DNA of 31,264 bases, taken from Thermoproteota archaeon. Its GTDB lineage: Archaea > Korarchaeota > Korarchaeia > Korarchaeales > Korarchaeaceae. The notes below the pieces were generated by a model that was not told the DNA's origin, ran no database searches, and worked only from the letters and a program-made list of their open reading frames with translations. A program made the translations under genes and the position numbers. The DNA lies in assembly GCA_027491395.1 (NCBI GenBank), contig JAOZFI010000024.1, positions 1-31,264 on the forward strand, read 5' to 3'. This document shows positions 25,941 through 31,264 of this stretch, piece after piece. Position 1 is the first letter of the stretch, and each line of letters opens with the position of its first letter.

Positions 25941-28079
25941 TTAAATACCAATTTCCAGCCTTACGGCACGATCGGGATGGACAAACCCGAGGCATGGGTT
26001 ACCCGCCTGTCCTCTACTGAATGAATCCTTGATGGAGGTCTTTCCGCTCAGGTCAGTTATATTTCTGGAGCCTGGCAGCCCTCCAATGCCGGGTGGATTT
26101 CCATCCCCACCATTCCCGCCGTTGGAGGCTGATTTCACTTCGACCGCCCCATCCTTCCCGCTCCCCAGTGTTCCAATACCGTGGCTTCCTGATTCAGCGG
26201 TCACATTGCCCCCTCTGCCTCCCTTGCCACCCTTCTTGAAGATCTCACTCTCGTAGATACATCCCGTTGCTCCGTCTCCCCCGTTCCCTCCGGATATGGA
26301 GGCGTTTCCTCCATTCCCTCCCTCGAAACCCGATGCCGGGACGATCCCGCTGGGCGCTGAAAGTACGGCATTACCGCCTTTACCCGCTATTGCCTCAGCA
26401 TTACCGCCCCTACCTCCATCGCAGGAAGTGGCGTTCCCGTCACCTCCATCGCCCGGTATGGCCCTAGCGTTACCTCCATCTCCGGCCATTCCTCCGCTTA
26501 TCGAGGGGACAGAACCTCTGAAACCACCTGATACCATCCGGTAGGATCCACCTCCACCATCTCCCGCCTCCGCCATCGCATTCCCGCCGTTACGCCCTGG
26601 GCAGCCGTCCTCTCCCTTGGCTCCTGAGGCCTTCGCATCACCTCCCCTGCCTCCTCCACCTAGGATTACCTTGTTTGTCCCCTTGAATTCCAAGTAGACA
26701 TCCACATCGATCAGGAACCCGCCTCCCCAGCCGCCTGGTCCACCTTTCGCCTTGGCGTTTCCATCCCTCCCGGGGAAGGCGATCGCGGTTCCGCCCTTCC
26801 CACCGTTACCGGTCTTGAAGGTCGTATCCTCCACTACCAAGTTCCCCCTCGGTCCTAGGCCGAGTTTGAAGCCCTCAACGAATATCGAGAGACCTACACC
26901 GTGCTCTCCGCTACCCGCCACGGCCTTATCATCAGCAGTTCTGTTACACCCGCTCCTACCGTCCCTCGACTTGAAGTAGCTGTTCTTGAGGTATATGTCT
27001 CCCCAAGCTGTGAGCACCCAGCTCTTCCTAGGTCTGAAGAGTCGCTGCCACACGCAGCCGCCCCTATCCTTCTGGACGAACTTCGAGTTCTTCACTACTA
27101 TGAAATTCCTGAACTGCTGTTGCTGTCTTACAGGGTTGGGCGGCACCCAAGGGAGCCATTTCGGCTTGTTTCCTTGATTGGGAGGTACGCGAGATGCCCC
27201 ACTGAGATTCTGACCGATCTCTAACCTCTTACCGACCTCCATCGGGTTCGGGCCGCTGGAAACCACTATCTCCCCGCTGGTGGTGATGTTCGCCTCTATC
27301 GTGACGTTCCCAGCTCCCCACACGAGTACACCGGGCAAAGTAACGTTCTCCGTGCTTTGATTCGACGATATCGCTTCAGGAGAGTGGGGCGGGCATGAGT
27401 TGTTCACCTTACCTTGTAGGGTGATGTTAGACGAGGAGATTAGGGCTAAAGCCGCGCATTCCCCCATGACCCTCCCCATCATCTCTAGGGGGCCCAAAGA
27501 GACGATCATCGTGTCTCCATCCAAGTGAACCGTCGCATCCGGACCCATTTTCAGGGACGAGGTGATTAACTTTCCCTTGATCCTGACCTCGCCGCTGAGC
27601 TGGAGACGCGGAGCTATCGTAGAGAGGATCCTATCGTACACCTCTTGATAGGCCCTCCTAGTGTCGTTTCTGTCACTGCCCATGGCGATCAAGACCGTCT
27701 GTCCCTCTTTCCAGACATCGTGCAACTCGAGCAGGAAACTCGCGCCTCGTTTCCTTACCGCTGACATCATTGAGGAGTTGAGGAGGGACCTCACTATACC
27801 ACCAGTTCCCTCGTAAGCATCTGGTCCACCCAGAATGATTACCAGATCGGCCATCCTCTGAGTAGAGAATTGGGAGGGATGGATGCTCACGACATCGAAT
27901 CCCAGCTGTCTCATCTCCTCCAGAAAGTCCCCAGCCAAACCCATATCGACCGAGTTACCCAAGATGACCAGTTCGGAGTTACTCTCCAAGATTTCCTCCT
28001 GTTTAGTAGGGAGCTGGTAAGGAAGGAGGAGCAGAAATGCCATCGTAACCACTAAGAAGATAGGACTTCGCGAATTCAC
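25941..28079 (-). CDS. Secreted protein: S-layer/cell-wall-binding-like N-terminal domain, beta-rich middle, glycine-rich PGRS-like C-terminal half
   Basis: Signal peptide; LGNSVD, VIILGGPDAYEG.G, DVW..GQTV....GSDR..T; then many G-x-G-G-x-G-G-x-A units. Confidence 0.85.
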   Translation of the reverse strand: MNSRSPIFLVVTMAFLLLLPYQLPTKQEEILESNSELVILGNSVDMGLAGDFLEEMRQLGFDVVSIHPSQFSTQRMADLVIILGGPDAYEGTGGIVRSLLNSSMMSAVRKRGASFLLELHDVWKEGQTVLIAMGSDRNDTRRAYQEVYDRILSTIAPRLQLSGEVRIKGKLITSSLKMGPDATVHLDGDTMIVSLGPLEMMGRVMGECAALALISSSNITLQGKVNNSCPPHSPEAISSNQSTENVTLPGVLVWGAGNVTIEANITTSGEIVVSSGPNPMEVGKRLEIGQNLSGASRVPPNQGNKPKWLPWVPPNPVRQQQQFRNFIVVKNSKFVQKDRGGCVWQRLFRPRKSWVLTAWGDIYLKNSYFKSRDGRSGCNRTADDKAVAGSGEHGVGLSIFVEGFKLGLGPRGNLVVEDTTFKTGNGGKGGTAIAFPGRDGNAKAKGGPGGWGGGFLIDVDVYLEFKGTNKVILGGGGRGGDAKASGAKGEDGCPGRNGGNAMAEAGDGGGGSYRMVSGGFRGSVPSISGGMAGDGGNARAIPGDGGDGNATSCDGGRGGNAEAIAGKGGNAVLSAPSGIVPASGFEGGNGGNASISGGNGGDGATGCIYESEIFKKGGKGGRGGNVTAESGSHGIGTLGSGKDGAVEVKSASNGGNGGDGNPPGIGGLPGSRNITDLSGKTSIKDSFSRGQAGNPCLGFVHPDRAVRLEIGI

Positions 28080-28146
28080 GGATTATTTAACCTTGAGGAA
28101 ATAAAAAGTTATTGATTAAAAATTCTCTCAGTGAGCGGATCAGAGG

Positions 28147-28563
28147 TTAGAAGATTATGGAGAACAGGGCTCCCTCCCCGTAGGCCAAGTCCTTTATAGA
28201 GAGGACTCCTTTAAGCTTTCCTTCCTCGTCTAACACCACGAGATGCCTTATGTTGTTCTCGCTGAGGAGCCTCGCTGCCTTGTATACGGTGTCGTCGTAC
28301 CTGACCGAGATTACATCGGTCTTCATCACGTCCCTGACCCTCGACTCCTCCTTTCCATAGCCGAAGGCATTTATTATGTCTCTCTCGGAGAGGACACCTA
28401 CAACCTTCTTGGGGTCGCTCGGATCCACCACAACGAGGAATCCTACCTTATCATCTGCCATCTTCCTAGCAGCTTCTCTCAGAGAGGCATCTGGGAATAT
28501 GGTAACGGGCTCGGCCCTTTTGATAAAACTTTTAACTTGCATCACGGGAATCGATTCGCTCAT
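28147..28563 (-). CDS. Tandem CBS domain protein
   Basis: ASLREAARKM...VGFLVVVD...GVLSERD and TVYKAARLL...IRHLVVLD...GVLSIKD; start ATG 28563 inferred. Confidence 0.93.
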   Translation of the reverse strand: MSESIPVMQVKSFIKRAEPVTIFPDASLREAARKMADDKVGFLVVVDPSDPKKVVGVLSERDIINAFGYGKEESRVRDVMKTDVISVRYDDTVYKAARLLSENNIRHLVVLDEEGKLKGVLSIKDLAYGEGALFSIIF

Positions 28564-28717
28564 ACTCTGCATCTGCAAATTAATGCCGTAATAGTATAAA
28601 AAGATCCCATTCGGCACGCTCATCTATTTTCTGATTAGATGAACCCCCCTAACGAAGGAGCTGAATACCTCCGGTACGCGAGGACTGTCCCAGTCGATTG
28701 GGAGAATCTGGGATGAT

Positions 28718-29467
28718 CTACTTAACGTCGTAAAAGAGACGTACCCCGCCCTCTATTTCCTCTATCCCAAGCAGCCTGATGCTGCCTATCTCGGAGGTGC
28801 TTTTCACGTGGGTCCCGGAGCAGGGGATGGCGTTAACTCCTTCTACCTCAACGACTCTATACCTGTCCATCTCGGGAAGCCTTCCCAAGTTTGGTGCTCC
28901 GTAAATCCTGCTGGGAAGCTCTTCCCTGCTTACCTCCAAGACCAAGACTCTCCTACCATCCAAGAGTTTATTCGCCCTCTCTTCTATCTCTCTGAGGAGG
29001 GAACTGTCTATAGGAGCTCCATACTCCACGTAAGCCCTCGGTGGGCCATGGAGAGCACCGAGCGTGCTAACCCTCTCACCTATAACGTCAGAGACAGCCC
29101 TGTCTATCACGTGACCGGCGGTGTGGAGCCTCATTATGTAGTACCTCCTCTCCCAGTCTAGTTCTTGGGTGACCTCCATGCCCTCGACCAGTTCCCCCTC
29201 CAGCAGCTTTCCGTAGAGGACGATCACCCTCCCGCCCTCTAGCGCCTTCTTGACTTCGAACTTCACCTCGCCCGTCAACCATCCCATATCGCTTGGCTGC
29301 CCTCCTCCCAAGGGATGGAATATCGAAGAGGTTGGGACCACGTAGTACCTGCTCCCCTTTTCCTTGACGACCCTGAGCAACCTAGTAGGTGCTCTCCTGA
29401 GGTATGAGTCCCTCAAATAAAGCTTCTCGGTTGGTGGGAGGCCCTCCACCACTTCAGCTATTTTCAT
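28718..29467 (-). CDS. alaX: Free-standing alanyl-tRNA editing protein (AlaX, medium type)
   Basis: LYL.DSYL, FHP.GGGQPSD.G, DWERR...MRLHTAGH (HxxxH), PCSGTHV (CxxxH). Confidence 0.93.
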   Translation of the reverse strand: MKIAEVVEGLPPTEKLYLRDSYLRRAPTRLLRVVKEKGSRYYVVPTSSIFHPLGGGQPSDMGWLTGEVKFEVKKALEGGRVIVLYGKLLEGELVEGMEVTQELDWERRYYIMRLHTAGHVIDRAVSDVIGERVSTLGALHGPPRAYVEYGAPIDSSLLREIEERANKLLDGRRVLVLEVSREELPSRIYGAPNLGRLPEMDRYRVVEVEGVNAIPCSGTHVKSTSEIGSIRLLGIEEIEGGVRLFYDVK

Positions 29468-29503
29468 CCCGCATGGGAGGCTGTCACTAGATTAAAACTT
29501 GGA

Positions 29504-30316
29504 CTATTGATAGGATCCCTTCGTCAGTGAGTTCCTCTCCCGCGCTTTGGAGAGATTTATTAGCTCCATGACGATCCTGTAAGCCCTTTCATCGATCTTC
29601 CTCCCCTCGACGAGTTGATCTACGGTAATCACCCCCATCGCCACTAGGGACTTCACCTCATCGTACTCTAGAATCCCCTCGAGGACTGTCACGGGGTAAA
29701 CGCCGCTGTCCTCCACGAGGACCTCCAATCCTCTCCCAGGAGGATACTTCCACCCGAGAAGATCAAGTCCGTAGCATTTGGAGAACTCTATCGCCTCACT
29801 AGAGAACTTCGTGTTCGTTATGAGGGTCACCCCCTCCAGCTCCTTGACCTCTCCAATGTCCAAGAACCTCATGTAGGTGTACATGGCCTCCTTCAGGCCA
29901 GTGTATATCCCTTTGGCGTTGTGGTACTTGCACTCCCCTATCCTGCTGCCATCTATCCAGAGGTCTATCTCATGGGTCACGCATTTACCCTTGATGAGAC
30001 GGTTGGTCTCCACCTCATGTCCCAATGCCTTAAGGATCCGAGCCACGTATTTCTCGAAGGGAAAGCCTGTTGGACCGAGCTTCACTATGGCCTCCTTCAT
30101 AGAGTACTTGGCAGCTGCAACTGGATACGTTTTCAGGAGAATTTTCCTTACAGCATCGTATATCTCCTTAGTGCTTTCCACTTTCCCGAGACTTTCAATC
30201 CTCAGAATAACCTTTTCAGCCTCCTCCTTGCTGAGTCCTGATGAGATCAGGCTGGATACGAGTTTCTCTCTGTCATACTCCTCGTACTCGCCGGATGCCT
30301 TCCTAATCCGATGCAT
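29504..30316 (-). CDS. ATP-cone domain fused to a Mrr-like PD-(D/E)xK endonuclease domain
   Basis: N-terminal I.KASGE.EEYDREKL..SL...G...ST.EI (ATP cone), then GPTGFPFEKYV, HEID, ECKYH, LITNTKFS..A, LLGW.YP. Confidence 0.85.
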   Translation of the reverse strand: MHRIRKASGEYEEYDREKLVSSLISSGLSKEEAEKVILRIESLGKVESTKEIYDAVRKILLKTYPVAAAKYSMKEAIVKLGPTGFPFEKYVARILKALGHEVETNRLIKGKCVTHEIDLWIDGSRIGECKYHNAKGIYTGLKEAMYTYMRFLDIGEVKELEGVTLITNTKFSSEAIEFSKCYGLDLLGWKYPPGRGLEVLVEDSGVYPVTVLEGILEYDEVKSLVAMGVITVDQLVEGRKIDERAYRIVMELINLSKARERNSLTKGSYQ

Positions 30317-30437
30317 CCCGAACCCATCTGGCAGTAAGATAATAGTTTAGGGAGATCTTGAGACGGGTAGATGTCCATAAGATGTCAGAGTATGTGTTCT
30401 ATTTTAGTCGCGTGAGCTAGCTTACTGGGCTCCCGAG

Positions 30438-30827
30438 TCATCGGTTCACTAAAATCCAGGTTCTTCCCTCCCGCCTGAACCTCCTCCTCACCTCATTGAA
30501 CTTGGCCATGACCTTCTGCAGGAAGTCTTCATCGGCGGAAAGGATCCTTCCATCCTCAAGCAGCTCCAAAATGAATGTGCTGCCCTCCTCAAGTCTCCTA
30601 AGAAAGGAAGATGTGCTCATACCAATCGGGAAGACGTTTGGATAATCTAGGTCGTAGAGACGATCGAACGCCTCCCTAGGGTCCTCGGGGAGTTCGTCGG
30701 AGACTACTAAGATGTCGTAGTCGCTGCTGTCGGTATAGTCTCCTCTGGCCCTAGACCCGAAGAGAATGATCAGCTTAGGCTTGAACCTACGGTATTTGGC
30801 CAGCAGACCCTCTAATCCTTTCAGCAA
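30438..30827 (-). CDS. Minimal nucleotidyltransferase (MNT)
   Basis: ILFGSRARGDY...SDYDILVVS: intact GS and DxD motifs. Confidence 0.93.
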   Translation of the reverse strand: MLKGLEGLLAKYRRFKPKLIILFGSRARGDYTDSSDYDILVVSDELPEDPREAFDRLYDLDYPNVFPIGMSTSSFLRRLEEGSTFILELLEDGRILSADEDFLQKVMAKFNEVRRRFRREGRTWILVNR

Positions 30828-31200
30828 TCTCCATCACCCATTCCAACACCCTCCTCGCGCACTCCAAGCATCTGTCAGCGTCCTCCCTAGTGTAATAGTC
30901 GCAAGGGGCTCCTTCATCGTAGACATCTGGATATCTCGTGGGGATGTAGTGCTTATCCAGATGCCTCAGGCACTTAAGTGTATCCTCGGGGATCTCCAAC
31001 CCGCTCTCCAACGCGAGGAACGAGGCCGAGTGGCCCCTCCTCTCCTTATTTAGGAGGTTGAGGAGGCCCTTTATCGCCTTCTCCGCTGCCTGATGGGCCT
31101 CATAGCACGCCTCCTCGTACAGCTCTGCGTTGTAATTAGCTATAGCGGACTTTAAATTCCTCTCAGCCTGTCTGATCCAATCCTCGAAGCGGGACACCAA
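30787..31200 (-). CDS. HEPN domain protein (COG2250-like)
   Basis: W..QA..nL..A, ACY.AHQAAEKAIK, GHS, LDKHYIPTRYPD; overlaps the MNT gene. Confidence 0.92.
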   Translation of the reverse strand: MVSRFEDWIRQAERNLKSAIANYNAELYEEACYEAHQAAEKAIKGLLNLLNKERRGHSASFLALESGLEIPEDTLKCLRHLDKHYIPTRYPDVYDEGAPCDYYTREDADRCLECARRVLEWVMEIAERIRGSAGQIP

Positions 31201-31264
31201 TGTCGATCCCCGGCAATCCTATGAGGAATTCTGTCTCCTGATTATTAACAGTTTGTGGGATGTA

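Noticed and set aside
25990-26916. CC-rich periodic DNA considered as a tandem repeat or array
   Set aside because: Explained by Gly codons on the minus strand; no fixed nucleotide repeat unit.
1-31264. CRISPR arrays, tRNA/rRNA genes, IS elements, integrases
   Set aside because: No regularly spaced 24-40-nt repeats, cloverleafs, rRNA-like tracts or transposase/recombinase motifs were seen on manual reading; small non-autonomous elements could have been missed.

Overview
GC-rich archaeal chromosomal segment. TATA-like promoters, apparently leaderless and GGTGA/GGAGG-led genes, and many HEPN/MNT and VapBC modules point to a thermophilic archaeon; a Korarchaeota-like origin is my impression only. 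Housekeeping and metabolic genes (ppdK, uppP, thiBPQ thiamine ABC transporter, ArsB/NhaD permease, UPF0282 metallo-beta-lactamase, S9 peptidase, CBS protein, AlaX) alternate with six small toxin-antitoxin-type modules (four HEPN/MNT-type in three architectures, two VapBC). Main points of interest: (1) a complete TPP riboswitch whose expression platform can be read from the sequence, with a second copy of the P1 3' strand inside a hairpin that hides the thiB Shine-Dalgarno; (2) two paralogous pairs of a nucleotidyltransferase-like protein lacking its catalytic motifs (YESNVLVVVRE) plus a HEPN protein (RRDDKLAN); (3) a 757-codon beta-propeller surface protein split by one in-frame TGA at a Gly position; (4) uppP apparently starting at CTG; (5) a secreted glycine-rich PGRS-like protein; (6) an ATP-cone/PD-(D/E)xK nuclease fusion. 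I found no tRNA, rRNA, CRISPR array or transposase. All protein calls come from motif recognition by eye, with no database search.
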